This document shows, in pieces, positions 40,922-54,633 of a DNA stretch of 64,000 nucleotides. Position 1 is the first letter of the stretch, and the number at the start of each line of letters is the position of its first letter. Source of the DNA: Octopus vulgaris. Taxonomy: Eukaryota. Location: contig OX597823.1 in assembly GCA_951406725.2 (NCBI GenBank), forward strand, positions 54,622,001-54,686,000. Reading direction: 5' to 3'. The notes beneath the pieces are model-generated. The model was not told the origin of the DNA and searched no databases. It saw only the letters and a list, made by a program, of their open reading frames with translations. The translations under genes were made by a program, and so were the position numbers.

Positions 40922-41376
40922 CACTGTGTAACAAAATTATAATATTTTTTTAACTTTGGTCAGTAAGTGTTATTTCCTATTTGCTTCTATCTAGAAATCA
41001 AAGGAAATGACTACTATTCCCTTCACACTTTGTTTTTATGACCTGGACATCAATGCTTTGAAACTGAACTATTTTCCATTACATTTCAGACAGATTCAGT
41101 GCTGAGTTGCTGAAGCAAAAATATCGTTATAGCAAATATTTAGCTCAGTGCCACAAATTTGCTTGACCATAATCACTTGAGCATGCCCCTTAGTGACTGA
41201 CAATATGTGCATCTCTGATCGTGAGCAGGAGCAGTAGGGGAGCATCATAGCCATGTGTTGAGAGGGATTCTTTGGGGTTTTAATAAATTTAACAAAAGCA
41301 AAGTTTGAAAGAAATAGCCGTTTTTCATACTTTCTAGGGGTAAGCAAATAGGAAATAAAAATCATATTGCACAGCG
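40922..41376. mobile_element. CAC-terminal MITE (CMC/Chapaev-like)
   Basis: Termini CACTGTGTAA..TTGCACAGCG, subterminal TATTTCCTATTTGCTT/AAGCAAATAGGAAATA, apparent 3-bp TSD CTA. Confidence 0.55.
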
Positions 41377-41806
41377 CTATGAGCACATTCTCCCCCTCCT
41401 TTAACGTCCGTTTTCCGTTCAGGTATGGGTTGGATGGCTTGACCAGAGCTGGCAAGCTGCACCAGGTTCCAGTTCGATTTGGCTTGGTTTCTACGGCTGG
41501 ATGTCCTTCCTAACACCAGCCAGTCTACAGTGTGTGGTGGATGTTTTTTACGTAGCACCGGCACGAGCGCTTTTACGTGACGCGGTTCACGAGTGCCTTT
41601 TATGTGACGCCGGCACAGGACTCTCACAGGCCGTTCTGTGGAGGACAGATCTTCTTGAAGGTCTGAAATTTCGTGGGATGGGGCTAATCGATTTACATCG
41701 ACCTCCAGTACTTCACTGGTACTTATTTCGTTGACCTTGAAAGGTTGAAAGGCAAAGTCGACATCGGTGGAATTTGAACTCAGAACGTAAAGATGGAGAA
41801 AATACC

Positions 41807-42031
41807 TATTTCTTTATTACCCACAAGGGGCTAAACACAGAGGGTACAAACAAGGACAGACATAGGTATTAAGTCGATTACATCGACCTCAGTGCGTAAC
41901 TGGTACTTAATTTATCGACCCCGAAAGGATGAAAGGCAAAGTCGACCTCGGCGGAATTTGAACTCAGAACGTAGCGGCAGACGATATACCGCTCAGCATT
42001 TCGTCCGGCGCGCTAACGTTTCTGCCAGCTC
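41807..42031 (-). mobile_element. Young OK-like SINE nested in an older family member (41660-42080)
   Basis: 15-bp TSD GATGGAGAAAATACC at 41792-41806 and 42032-42046. Confidence 0.9.
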
Positions 42032-44102
42032 GATGGAGAAAATACCGATAAGCATTTTATCCAGCATGCTAACGTTTCCCTAGCTTGGTTTCTGATTTAG
42101 ACACAGAGTGAGTAATTTTGAGGGGAGGGGATTAGTCAATACCATCCACCCTAGAACTTGATCTCAGAAATATAAAGAGCTAAAAACAAATATCACAGGG
42201 TATTTTGCAGAGCATTTCGTCCGACGCACTAATCCGAGAAAGGTTTTAGTCACTACCGAGAAAATGAAGTCCAAAGTCGATTCTGATAGGATTCAAATTC
42301 AGAATGTAGCTAAATTACCGCAAGGTATTTTTTCCTGGTGTTTTACGAATTCAGCCGATTTCACGCCCTTCTAGATTTGGTAATAATAGTACAAAGGAAA
42401 ACCGGGAAAGGGTATTTGCTGGCATGTGGATTTCTGAATATATTTGAGAGAGAGAGAGAGAGAGAGAGAGAAGGGGAGAAAGAGAATGGGAGAGAGAAAC
42501 TGAGAGACTGCGAGTATATATGAACATAAGAATGTGGGTGTGTGTGTGTGTGTGTCTATGTGTGTGAGAGAGAGAGAAGGGGGAGAAATCGAGAAGCGGT
42601 GTGAGTATATATAAAAATGTGAGAGTAAAAGAGAAAGAGAGAAGTAGAGAGTAGAAGGGAGAGAAAGAGTGTGTGTGTATAAGAAAAAAAGAAAGTGTGT
42701 GCATATGTATGAGCATAATAGTGTGTATAGGTGTGAACATGTGTGTGAGAGAGAAAGAGAGAGAGAGAGAGGGAGAGAGAGTGAATGTGCATATAAATGA
42801 GCATAAAAGTGAGAGAGAGAGAGAGATCCTTAAGACACGGCACGATATCTCATTCGTAATGTCATTGTTGATTCTCCATCGCCGTTTCATAAAGATTTCT
42901 GACCGACCTTTGTTCATTAGCATCTTTGTCCCATTACGTCAACACTCAACTAGAAAATTACTTTCTAAAACTCTGCAGTGATGCTGTTAACACCTCACCC
43001 AGATGGAATTGACAGTTCTCGCCGATCATCTTATTGTGTCTCAAAGCAAGTTCAATACAAATTGTGCGTACCATAATCCCTCACACTAGAAAACCTATTA
43101 TTTTTCACGCATTCTCCTTCACCTTCTCGTCTCACCCTCTCTGCCTCCACCAATAGAAAATAAGAAAATTACATTCTAAAGCAAAGACAACGTCAAATCT
43201 TAGCTTAATTATTGTTTCCATTTTTACTCATACATTTCCACTGAACAGACGACAAAATGTTCAATATACTACAACTACAATAACTACGACTGCAATAACA
43301 ACAACGACAACAACAATTCTTTTCATTGTTGCCATGATAAAAAGCGTATAAATGATCTCTGTCAAAAGCGAAAAACAAAAAAAAAAAAGAAAGAAATAGG
43401 CAAAATATGCAATAAAAATAAGAGAAAATATTCTTGGGTGAGCGCAATATTGACAGTTTTCAGAGATAACTGATTTCTAAAGAAGACACATTTTTTTATT
43501 CCTTCAGTTGAAAAAAAAAAAAAAAAAGAAAATCGAACCAGACATTTATTATCATTTTTTTTTTGGTCTTACTAATAAATGTGGCATGTTAGCCAAATTT
43601 GTAGAGTGCCGGATTAAATGTCTTATAGCCTATAACTGTGTCCCCTTTTTCAGCAGTTCAGATACTACTAAAGTCAGCTAATTGTAGCAATAGATCAAAC
43701 TATGTTCCTCTGCGTAAATCAGTTTTTGTTTTTTCTTGTTTTTAGATAGTTGGTAGGAATTGGTTTGAGGGAAATATGGTTTCTTTCCCACTGCAGGTTG
43801 GTCAACTATAAAGAGATTCCACACATTGGGATTTGAATTGTTTAACCCCAGAGCATTTTCGATGAAGGAGATCAAAAACTTTCTATCAAGTGACGAACCA
43901 TTTTTTTTCTTTTTGACAATAGTGTATCAAGTCTATATTATTTAATAAACCCTGCTGTTGAGCAATTATGTAGAGGGCCCACGTTGGTGTTTTTGCTGGT
44001 GGCCTTTTTTAACTCTAGGGCAGTCATGATGAAGTAGACTTATGACGAGACGAAAGGTTTCCAGTGAGTTACTATCCGTTATTTTTTTTAACATAGCGTA
44101 TA

Positions 44103-44541
44103 ACCCGCATGGTTCTTGGTCTCAAGCATTTGTCTTATGAAGAAAGGGTGAAGACGCTCGACCTTTATTCTCTAGAAAAACGACGACGCCGTGGTGATCT
44201 CATTCTTGCTCACAACATCATAAGCGGAAAGTGTAACCTCTCGAACGAGCTGTTCTTCACTCCTGCTCCAGAGCGTCGGCTGCGGGTCATTCCGAAAAGC
44301 TCTATCTGCGACGATTTCATCTCAATCGAAGGAAAGGGGCTTTCTCCGTCCGGGTTGTGGATCCGTGGAATAAGCTGCCGGACGAGATAGTGAGGATGTC
44401 GACGACCGCTCGGTTCAAAGTCTCTCTTGACCAGAAATTGCCTGAACTCTTTGCATGAACACCCTCCCTGTACATAACTTCATGTCCCCCTACATGGCCT
44501 TGCTTTTTGCTTTTTGAGCAAAAAAATTAACTTAACTTAAC
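44103..44541 (+). mobile_element. CR1/L2-group LINE 3' end
   Basis: Translates GLKHLSYEERVKTLDLYSLEKRRRRGDLI, then after a frameshift FSVRVVDPWNKLP; tail (TTAAC)n. Confidence 0.85.
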
Positions 44542-44599
44542 ATAGGGGAGATTCTATTTTTGTATTTATGGCATTGAAACCTGAACAGTCTGTAAAGCT

Positions 44600-44915
44600 C
44601 AAATAAACAAGTTACGTGCATATATGACGAGACAGCTGCAACAGATTATTACAAGGTCAGAAATGAAGGGCTCCTTCGGCGTGCTGGTCTGCCTGCAATG
44701 ACGGAAACCCTCATTGATAGACATTTACGTTGGTCGGGACAGTAGCAGACTCACAGACAACTCCCTTACTCCCAACTATGTCAGGGTAAAAGAAAGCACG
44801 GAAGACCTAGACTGAGATTCAAAGATACTGCAAAACGGAATATGAAATGGAAAGGAATATAAATGGCAAACTCAAGTGAAAAACAGACCAGTATGGAGAA
44901 AGCTTAACAAGATAT
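44600..44915 (+). mobile_element. RTE-clade LINE 3' remnant
   Basis: Translates VRNEGLLRRAGLP..LRWSG..SQLCQGKRKHGRPRLRFKD. Confidence 0.75.
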
Positions 44916-45224
44916 ATGCCAAAGCCATAAGCTGCCATTGTTGCGATGACTGACTGCAGATAAATAGGGGAAATTCTATTCTTGTCTAAATTACTAACAA
45001 CAGTAGAATTATGTGAGATTGCGAGAATACATACTTGTCTGTGGCAGGATTGCTCGTCATTTATAAAAAGTGAATAAACAATTCCGTTGGTTGTCAACTC
45101 ATGAAGTACAAAATACATCTATCATTGCATATTGACTCATTGAAATTACGGGATACAATTTTCACACTTCAGAAGTTACAGTAATCAACTACGTCATCAA
45201 TATGAATCAAACATCCTATCTATA

Positions 45225-45665
45225 TTGGTTTCAAATTTTGGCAGAAAGATCAGCAATTTCGGGGAAGGAAATGTAAGTTGATTACATTGACCCCAGTGAT
45301 CGACTGGTACTTATTTTATCGACTCCGAAAGGGATGAAAGGCAAAGTCGACCTCAGCAGAATTTAAATTCAGAACCTAAAGATGGACGAAATGCCGCTAA
45401 ACATTTTTTCCCAGCGTGCCTACGATTCTTATTTCTTTATTGCCCACAAGGGGATAAACATAGAGGGGACAAACAAGGACAGACAAAGGGATTAAGTCGA
45501 TTACATCGACCCCAGTGCGTAACTGGTACTTAATTTATCGACCCCGAAAGGATGAAAGGCATAGTTGACCTCAGCAGAATTTAAATTCAGAACCTAAAGA
45601 TGGACAAAATACCGCTAAACACTTTCCCCCAGCGTGCCTACGATTCTGCCAGCTCACCGCCTTAA
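45225..45665 (-). mobile_element. Chimeric old/young OK-like SINE with about 80-bp duplication
   Basis: 45349-45429 is repeated at 45568-45647 on either side of a young 3' segment. Confidence 0.8.
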
Positions 45666-46607
45666 ACATCCTCTCTATATTAAAGAATATTTTTGCGGAA
45701 CCCTATGATAAATTTATCCAGTTTGAAAAGCTATTTTAGTTTTATGGAACCTGATGAAAACGATAAACTGGATTTATGTTAATTTTGAGAGATACAGTAG
45801 CTAGTTACTCCAAAAGAGGAGGTTAAAGATGGTATTACATCCTATTCAAGAGCAAAAAAAATCTCATAGCGTCTAAATTTACTGGCAGCAAAACTATACT
45901 CCGTGAATGAATAAGACTATTCATGAAAACAACAGCTTGGATAACCCATTAATAATTTTTGACAGTTCTTTTAGAAAAACAAGATATTGTAAATTTTCTA
46001 TATCATTCGTGGAAGAGTCTATTAAAAATGCTTTTCCCTTAGAACTTAAAAAAAAAACGATTGAAAGGCAGTTTGTTATAGCTTTGCTTTATCTCATAAA
46101 GAAGGAAAAGCTTTGCATTGCAAAATAACGTTTCGTTCCTACAGTCCCGGTGGAAGAGTCCACTATTAATCTTTTTGGATAGCCTTACCATCAATGACAA
46201 GGATCTTTCTCCTACGACTGTTGGGAAATTAACTTCGATTCAGGTCAAAACCTCTCCAAAATCTCACAATGTGCCCTGCTACTGTTGATATACGATATCT
46301 CAATTGTAAGATGATAGAACGTTTTAATAAGACTTACCGAAAAATAGCATTAGCTGAACCATCCCATTAAACACACAACAAAAAGTTTCTTTTTTTTTGA
46401 GACTATACATTCAATGGTGGATAATCCATAATGGTAAAGAAATTGTTCTTGATTCTTGAAGGTATTGCGAAAAAGAATGGTATTAAATCATACCCAAATC
46501 ATCTAAAAAAAAACACAAAATGTTGATGGAAACAAGCTTAACATTGGAAAGACGATACTAAATGAACAATTGCTACACAGTTAGTAAAGTTTTTCTTGTC
46601 CGTGAAA

Positions 46608-47009
46608 TCTTTATATATAAAAGTGAAGTTGTGTGTCTGTCTCCTACGATTTAGATTCCTAACTACTCCCACATTTTGCGGTGCAGTGTAACCAAAAGTG
46701 GGTATCTCATAGTCGTGATTCATATCGAGCCCTTCTGGGTATTAACGCGCGTCTACGATGAGTCTACGATTTAAAAAAAAATTTACCATCAATTTTTCAC
46801 ATTTTTAATGCATTTTCGCTCGGTTTATATAAGGGAAGTAACTCTCTAAAAATGTATTATTAAATCTCAGAACGTAAAAACCTACAGTAACACCCACCCC
46901 CCTTTGTGGTTAGCCATATTGAGATGGCTATTATACTTTACATCTCTCTCAAAATGCTTATATAGTTATTTCCCTTACAAACCCGAGCAACGCCGGGCGA
47001 TACTGCTAG
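46608..47009 (+). mobile_element. Non-autonomous Helitron
   Basis: A|TC..CTAG|T; same variant as 13702-14094. Confidence 0.9.
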
Positions 47010-47586
47010 TAATATCTAATTCAATCATTTTGGAAATTTCTGCATTATTTCGATTTCATTTCCCTCAGATTGAATTTAAAAGGTCATTTTTCACTTTTTA
47101 ACTGCGTCAGCTGTATGTGTTGATTCAAGACTTAATGTCATGGGAACTGGTGCTTCTCTGGTGGATGCGTTGAGTTACCGTCTGCGTGTAAATGATGAAC
47201 AACGCTCGTGAATAATTAACAGAAGCGTTGTTTACTGCATACAGTGTTTTCCATGTTGGTCTTTGAATGAAGAATACAGACAATAATTTGTACACTTTGA
47301 GACAAAGACAAACTCCGTAGTTGCAACAAAATTGTTGGTTAGTATAGCTCCTAGGACTTCATTGTCACGTCTAAATTCATGACGGCAAATCTGTAGTTTC
47401 TATCTGCCCAGCTGGGGAAATAGAAACGTGAGTATGAATTTGTTAAAACCAATGTTTGGCATACGGTTTCTGCTCCTGCAGAAAGAAAATGAGAATGTGG
47501 TTGTCACTGCGATGGTCTCCAACATTTTGAGGTTTAGCACCCAAAATTCACTGATTTATAAGACTTTTGAGAATATTCTAGGTCTG

Positions 47587-49467
47587 ATTCTTTATTTCCC
47601 ACAAGGGGTCAACACAGAGGGGATAATACAAAATACGGGTAGATAAAAACGAATGAATTTTACAAAGAAATGGACAAATTAAAAATTTCTGAAAATATAG
47701 CGTATAGTTTAAACAAACAAGGACAATACAATGCAGTGGGGGACGAGTTCAGCTCCGACCCCACAAGCTCCGTTCCACCACTGAGACCTTTTAATTTTTC
47801 TTCATTGTTTAAACTTACGTCTGGTCATTTATACCCAGCATTCGCACCACTTTCTTCCATCTTTTGTTATATATCGCAGACACCAGACATCTCCTCTCCA
47901 GCCGTATTTTTCTTTTGAGATGGAAAATAAAGGTTACTAAATCTCGACTGGAGATGAAGAAGCCTGTCGCTACTACTGTCATTCGAAACTTCCATACTGC
48001 CTCTTTTGCCATAGCAATTACAACGAGAAAACAAACATTTTCTTCCTTTTACAAGACGGCGGAGTAATCTTAATGATTGATTCGGACGACAGCAGCTGTT
48101 CGACATAAACCCACAATTTCAAGATTTTCGGACATTGTACAATAGCGTGCAGGACAATTTCTCTGTCCTGCTCACATCTGGGACAAGTCAGCGAACACTG
48201 ACCTCCATACCTTGCGAATTTATCACGAACATCGGATACGATCATGGTGATATCATCTGCGAACGCCGGTACAAACCTTCCATAACTTAGATCTCATGGG
48301 ACGCCCTTTATAGCCTCCAACTTCTGCAGCAAGGGCTCGAGAGCCAATAAGTGCAGGAGTGGAGAAAGAGGCATCCTTATCGCACCGAGCGCTTGATGGA
48401 GAACGGCTCCGAAAGGAAACCGTTCACCCGAACGATCGAATCGATGTTGCTGTAAAGAGCAGTGATCCAACTAAGAAAGCAGTGGAGCAGCCCGAATGCC
48501 GCAAGGACCGACACTAGATACCGACGGACAACTCTGTTAAAAGCTTTAGCCTGGTCTAAATGAACCAGAGCCCCAGCCCTTGCCAGGAATTTTATCCGCC
48601 ATCTCTAAGGTACGATGGAGATTGTCCTAGATGGATCTGCCAGGAATGGCACACGAGTTCACGCGCCAATCTTTTCGCTAGTACCTTGGCCAAAATCTTC
48701 AGTTCTGTGTTAAGCAGAGTGATGAGTCGGAAATTATCTACAACTTCCCCTTTGTTTGGGTCCTTTCTTAGCAGTGTGACCACCACTCGGCTTACAGCCC
48801 TAGGTATAAACCCATTCTGCTGCCAGTTGGCAAAAACACATGCAGGTAGGTGCTCAAACAAGTCTGGCATACTATAATATAGCTCGTAGGGAAGACCATC
48901 AAGCCCCGGCAACTTGTCCCCGCTGCAGACCGACAAAGCCTCTTCCACTTCTGCAGCTGTGATCGGTTCTTCACTGTTTTCCGCTTCCTTCTCCGAGAGA
49001 CGCGGCAAACCGGCGAGGAAGTCGGTGAGGTCCCTCCTGCGCTCCGGTCCGCCGCTCCTCCCGAAAAGCTGAGCGAAATGCTCCTGAAAGACCTTACAGA
49101 TCTCCTCGGGTTCGTTTACCAATTTCTCCTGTTGGTTCGTCAAAGACCTTATTGAGATGTTGGTTGAGAATCAATCTCGCAGCCAAAACTTGTGGTACAG
49201 AGCCAGACATCAGTGTCTCTTCTAAACCCTTAGTTAAGTCCCTTTCTATCCTATTTCTCTTAGCAACTAACTCTTCGCTACATCTAATGGACTCGAACTT
49301 TATGGCTCTTTTGAGGGCATACCACCATTTGTTGTTTATAATAGCGCCGGTCAATGCCTTCAGCACTAGCATCCTAATCCGACTCATCTACTCCGCATCA
49401 GCCAAAAGGGACTTGTTGAGTTTCCAGTTGCTGGGACCTTGCCTACGCAACTTATCTAAGTCAAACT
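47587..49467 (-). mobile_element. Degenerate, internally deleted Tx1/L1-clade LINE (RT, C-terminal CCHC, 3' UTR)
   Basis: KLPGLDGLPYELY, NFRLITLLNTELKILAKVLAKRL, PLSPLL..LALEPLL, FADDI and CPRC..E..LHAIVQCP motifs across frameshifts; AATAAA at the 3' end. Confidence 0.9.
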
Positions 49468-50479
49468 GACTTTTACTCAGTTATTTCAGTGATTCGGTTT
49501 CGAATCTGCGACAATAGTATGTTGGACAAACCTTGAAACTTATACTGTTTACTGTGAAAGCAATATCTTTGCGTTGCTCTACTCGGAATTGCTAATTAAA
49601 GTTACAATTCACAATCTGCTGCCGAGGAAACAATTAAATATTCAAAGAAGTTCTGTTCAACAAAGTGGAGGTAAAAATGGTCCATTAAGTATCTAATATT
49701 AGTAATCTAATATCAATAGCTACAAGGGCAGCGAGCCGGCAGAATCGCTAGCACGGCGGACAAAATGCTTAGTGACATTTCGTCCTTTACGTTCTGAGTT
49801 CAAATTCCGCTGAGGTCATTTTGCCTTTCATCCTTTCGGGGTCGATAAAATAAGTACCAATTGAGTACTTGCATCGATGTAATTGACTTTCTCTCTCCCC
49901 TGAACTTACTGGCTTTGTGCCAAAATTTGAAACCAATATTAAGTAGATAAAACCATCTAACCGTATTTCTCACTCCACTCATTATTGATGTTTGAAGTTA
50001 AATTCAGGGAGATCATCATTTCAGTTCTGTCGGCCTTCGTTCGGCATGTTGTCAAGTGTCTTCGCTTCTCCGAAAGGAACATTTTGTAGCCATCAAAGTA
50101 AATAACGAATAATTAAAATTTACGTGATTGTCTTTTAAAATTACTAATCGAGTAGCTATTTTTAGCGAAGTAATTAGGACTTAAAAAGGCTTTGGTGTGG
50201 CGATATATGGGGAAGAGAAAGAAAGGTCCACAATAAAAATTTGCTATCTTTTATTCGAATGAAATAGGTTATCACTCCCCACCCCCCAAAAAATGAAAAA
50301 ATCAGAATTATTGTGCCTAGGCGACGTTTTTAGTGAAGAAAATATTCTGCCGGGCCCAGACATGTACTACCATCGTCACTCAGGTCTCCTATGCCTAGAA
50401 AAAATCCCAGTATTGAGTGTTTTATTAGGTTAATTGTATATTATTGTATATAATGTTGTGCTGAAATTGCACTATCCTT

Positions 50480-50900
50480 CTTTGAAGCTAAACAATATCA
50501 ACGTTACTATTATCAGCTGAATATGTTGATGCAATTAAGAAACTGAAAGACGGTATTGCTACGGCTTCATTATCTGTTCTGCCACCTGGTTCACGACTTA
50601 CTTTTAAAACAGATGTGTCTGTATCATCAATAGATTCTGTAATAATGCAAAATTGGCAACCAATTTGCTTCTATTCACTTAGATTAAATGGTTTTGAAAA
50701 GAAATGTAGAGTTAGAAACCTTTGCAATAGTCAAACTACTTGAAAAATGTTGCGTTACTTATTAGCACAAAAATTCAAAATTGTCACAAATCAATAAGCG
50801 ATAGCTTTTCTATTTGGTAATCGACCTAAACCTGCTATCATAAGTTCTAAACTGTGTCACTGAACACTATAGCTATCAGCGTTCTTTTATGAATGAAATA
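50480..50900 (+). mobile_element. Ty3/Gypsy pol remnant (RT connection and RNase H)
   Basis: Translates KTDVS..QNWQPICFYSLRL..ELETFAIV..RYLLAQKFKIVTNQ with stops and frameshifts; weaker RT traces near 50050-50170. Confidence 0.75.
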
Positions 50901-51428
50901 CAACACCTTTGTTGAAGATAATGAATTTATGTCAAATGATGAACAGGAAGATATAATAAAATATTGGTCTGGTTATCAGCAATTAAATTGGCTTTCCCAT
51001 CAGGATTACTTGTTAAAGGGCACTGCTAGAAACCCAGTGAAACAATGCCTGTCAAAGAATGGACGAACTCAATATAAGGTCAATGACTATCTAGCAATCG
51101 CACAGGTACTTAAAAATTCTGGGTTAGTGTCTGACATACTGTAAGATTGCTGAAATTATACATTCGGTGTAGTTTTGAACCAAGTAATAACTTCTCCTAC
51201 AAACATTCTTCAGCAAAAGCTAAGATGTGCCTCACTTTCAATAGTCTTACATTCATTTAATAGTCTTTGTTCATTCAATTGTAATAATATACTAAGAAAA
51301 TATGATACAGATGAAATTAGATTGTATGATATACGAGCAGGGTTAAAGCCTCTACACCAAAGTCACAACTGGCCCAAATTATACTGTGAACAAATTCTTG
51401 GCTACGACTGTCACTTGACACTGTAGGA

Positions 51429-52233
51429 CAGTGGTTCTAAACCTTTTTAATATCCAAGCCAGACCCCAAACCTGGGCGTCTTTAAGAGGCCGCACAAAAA
51501 AAAGAAAACTAAAACAGAAGACAATTTAACAAAAAATTATATTTATAGAGGTTTAACGAGGTAAGTTAGTTGAAGAATTAAGCTGGCTTGAGTTCCAATA
51601 TATGTGTGTGTGTAAATAAAGGAAGAACGAGAAAACGAGGTAAGATTAAATGCGACGATTTATTCAACCCATGAAAGAGCATTAACACAGCAAAGTTGTT
51701 GTAATACATCTTGAATGATACTGTCAGAAAATATACATATTGGTTCCCCATGCAGTTGGTTCTTGAATAGAACAGGAAAACAAGAAAGTAACATGACTTC
51801 TGCTCGAAGACATGAAAGACGTACGTATGAAAGGTTACCTGCGAAATAAACTTCTGCTGCCAAGATCCAAACTTGACCACGCAATCCCAACTCACTGAAA
51901 AATAGCGGGAAAGCTTTCTCTTCTTCATTTCTTTATTATAGCGGGAAAGCTTTCTCTTCTTATTCCAGCGAATAGACATAAATTTGCCCGCGCTTGGTTG
52001 ATCTGTCACGTGATGGGATGAAAGCCCACATAAAGCCAGAAAGGCTAGATCGATGTATAACCCATCACGTGACCACTTGTAGAAAACATAGCGTATGAGC
52101 CAATATTTGGATAGTTTAAGCCTAATCGGTCGAACGATAATCATGTCTCTGCGACAGAGAGAAGACCGTTGGGAGCCGCCGGAAAGAGGCTTGAGGTTGA
52201 TGCGGCTCTGGGAACCGCAGTTGAGAAACACTG
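51429..52233. mobile_element. Non-autonomous hAT/Charlie-type element
   Basis: Termini CAGTGGTTCTAAAC..GTTGAGAAACACTG; imperfect 8-bp TSD CTGTAGGA/CGGTAGTA. Confidence 0.7.
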
Positions 52234-52589
52234 CGGTAGTATCAAAAACAATAATATGGGCAACTGCTCTTTTCTTTTTAGCTGTGCAGAGAATGTAGAA
52301 TTGGATGTTCTATAATTGCATTGTATTGTTATGGGTCGCTTAGCTTGATTGTACAGAGCACATAACTCGAGTTTGAGACGTGTGGGTTTCAATACTTTGT
52401 AGCGGCTTCCATATTTACTTTTTCACTGGCTGTGCTCCAGCATGGCTACAGCCTTTGGGCTGAAACTTATAAAAGAATATTGTAATGTTAAATACAAACA
52501 ACAGTAAAATTATGTGAGATTACGAGAAAGTTAGTCTCGTATGTGTTGGGTTGTAGTGAAACAGTTCGCCATTAACCAAGGAACTATTC

Positions 52590-53780
52590 ATTCTAATCTT
52601 GGCACAAGACTAGCAGTTTTTAGCGAAGAGGAAAAGTCGATTGTATTGATGTCTGTGCCCAGCTGCTATTTATTTTATAGGTCCTGAAATAATTACAGGC
52701 AAAGTCAACCGCTGTGACATTTGAATTCAGAACGTAAAGCAAGAAATGCCGCTAAGCGTTTTGTTTTGTCTGGTGCGGTGACAATTCTGCCAGCTCGCCA
52801 CCTTAGGTTTGCTATTAATTATCCTTTCTGCTTTTGGCACAAGACCTGATATTTTGGAGGGAAGGGCTCAGTTGATTACATCGATCCCAGTACTCAACAG
52901 GTACTTATTTTATCGACCTCGAAGAGGTGAAAAGCAAAGTCGACGGTGGCGGAACTTGGAACTCAGAACGCAAAGACAGACGAAATGCTACAAAGCATAT
53001 TGTCCGACGTGCTAACGATTTTGCAAGTTTGCCATCTTAGATTTGCTATAAATTATAAATTGTGAATAAACAATGAATTACAATACAGTGAAAAAGAACT
53101 ACATTATCTAATGGGTTCAACCCTCTTTAAAGCCAGTAACATAAGATTTGGAGTTTGTCTTGTAGTTCTAGCTGATAGAACAACCACATAGAGGCTCCCT
53201 TGATATTACTGGTAGGAATCTTGTTTGTCACGGCTAGAATACCTTTAGTCTTAAGCCTGCATGATTAGGACTAAGTAAACAACAAGACGACGACCACCAC
53301 CACTACCACCATCACCACCACCACCACCACCAACAATAATATTAACATTAATAATAATAATCCTTTCTACTAAAGGCACAAGGCCTGAAATCTGGTGGGA
53401 GAGGAATAGCCGATTATATCGATCCCAGTGTTTCACTGGTACTTAATTCATCGACCACGAAAAGATGAAAGGCAAAGTTGAGCTTGGCGAAATTTGAACT
53501 CTGAACGTAGCGACAGGCAAAATACCGCTAAGCATCTCGCCCAGTACACTAACGATTCTGCCAGCTCGCCGCTTTCATAGTTCCTTTTAATTTTGGCGCA
53601 GGAGCAGCAATTTTAGGGTAAGGATTAGTCGATTACATGATATCCCACCAGGGCTCAACTGTTACTTATTTTATCGACCTCGGAAGCATGAAAGGCAAAG
53701 ATTACCTCAGTGGGATTAGAAACAAAGAACCAGAACACATGCAGCAAAGTATTCTATTTGATGCTTTAAAGATTGTGCCA
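52590..53780 (-). mobile_element. Cluster of four older OK-like SINEs
   Basis: Copies at about 52590-52805, 52822-53040, 53360-53575 and 53590-53780. Confidence 0.75.
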
Positions 53781-54000
53781 AACTTCATCTTTAATAATTA
53801 CTTACATAGACACAAGGCCAGGAATTTGGAAGAACAATTGATGAAATCGACTCCAATACCGAATTTAATCACAAGCAGGATTTGAACTCAGAGGTCGAGG
53901 GCCTGAGGAAACACCGAATCTTTAACGATCGTGGCAATCCACCTTTCCATAAGCAACCGAGTAAAACCTTTATGATTTGTATTAGAACTAATTAAATTCT

Positions 54001-54145
54001 TTACATTATTTACATTTGACGGATATTTGTCCTCATCTTGTTTGTTGTTAACACAAACAAGACGAGGACAAATATCCGTCAAATGTAAATAACGTAAATA
54101 ATGTAAATAATGTACATAATTCCTCATCTCTTAAATATAGAACTG
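54001..54145 (+). mobile_element. Severely 5'-truncated Penelope-type insertion with inverted 5' copy and TSD
   Basis: Inverted arms at about 54001-54045/54051-54097; 3' part matches 60922-61009; TSD TAATTAAATTCT at 53989-54000 and 54146-54157. Confidence 0.75.
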
Positions 54146-54400
54146 TAATTAAATTCTCTTTCATTAAATAAGCATGGTTATGGAATGATGGTCAGGTGGA
54201 TAAAGTATTAAGAAACAATATCAAGGGGTGCCTGTTCAAATCAACAGCAGATGAATTCTGTAGTGTATTAGTACTTCACGCTCAAGTGGACTCTACAGTT
54301 TATCTAGAGCTGAGAAATAGATATCTTGTTATTTGTGACTTAGTTGTATACTTTAGTTAACTGATGATTTATCTTGGTCAAATTAGTGTTTAAGAATATC

Positions 54401-54633
54401 TATTTCTTTACTACCCACAAGGGGCTAAACACAGAGGAGACAAACAAGACAGACAAACGGATTAAGTCGATTATATCGACCCCAGTGCGCAACTGGTACT
54501 TAATTTATCGACCCCGAAAGGATGAAAGGCAAAGTCGACCTCGGCGAAATTTGAACTCAGAACGTAACGGTAGACGAAATACGACTACGCATTTCGCCCG
54601 ACGTGCTAACGTTTCTGCCAGCTCGCCGCCTTT
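54401..54633 (-). mobile_element. Young full-length OK-like SINE
   Basis: 16-bp TSD AGTGTTTAAGAATATC at 54385-54400 and 54635-54650. Confidence 0.9.

Noticed and set aside
51578-52231. Longest ORF in the track (217 aa)
   Set aside because: Lies inside a non-autonomous hAT element, has no recognisable domain and includes an internal duplication.
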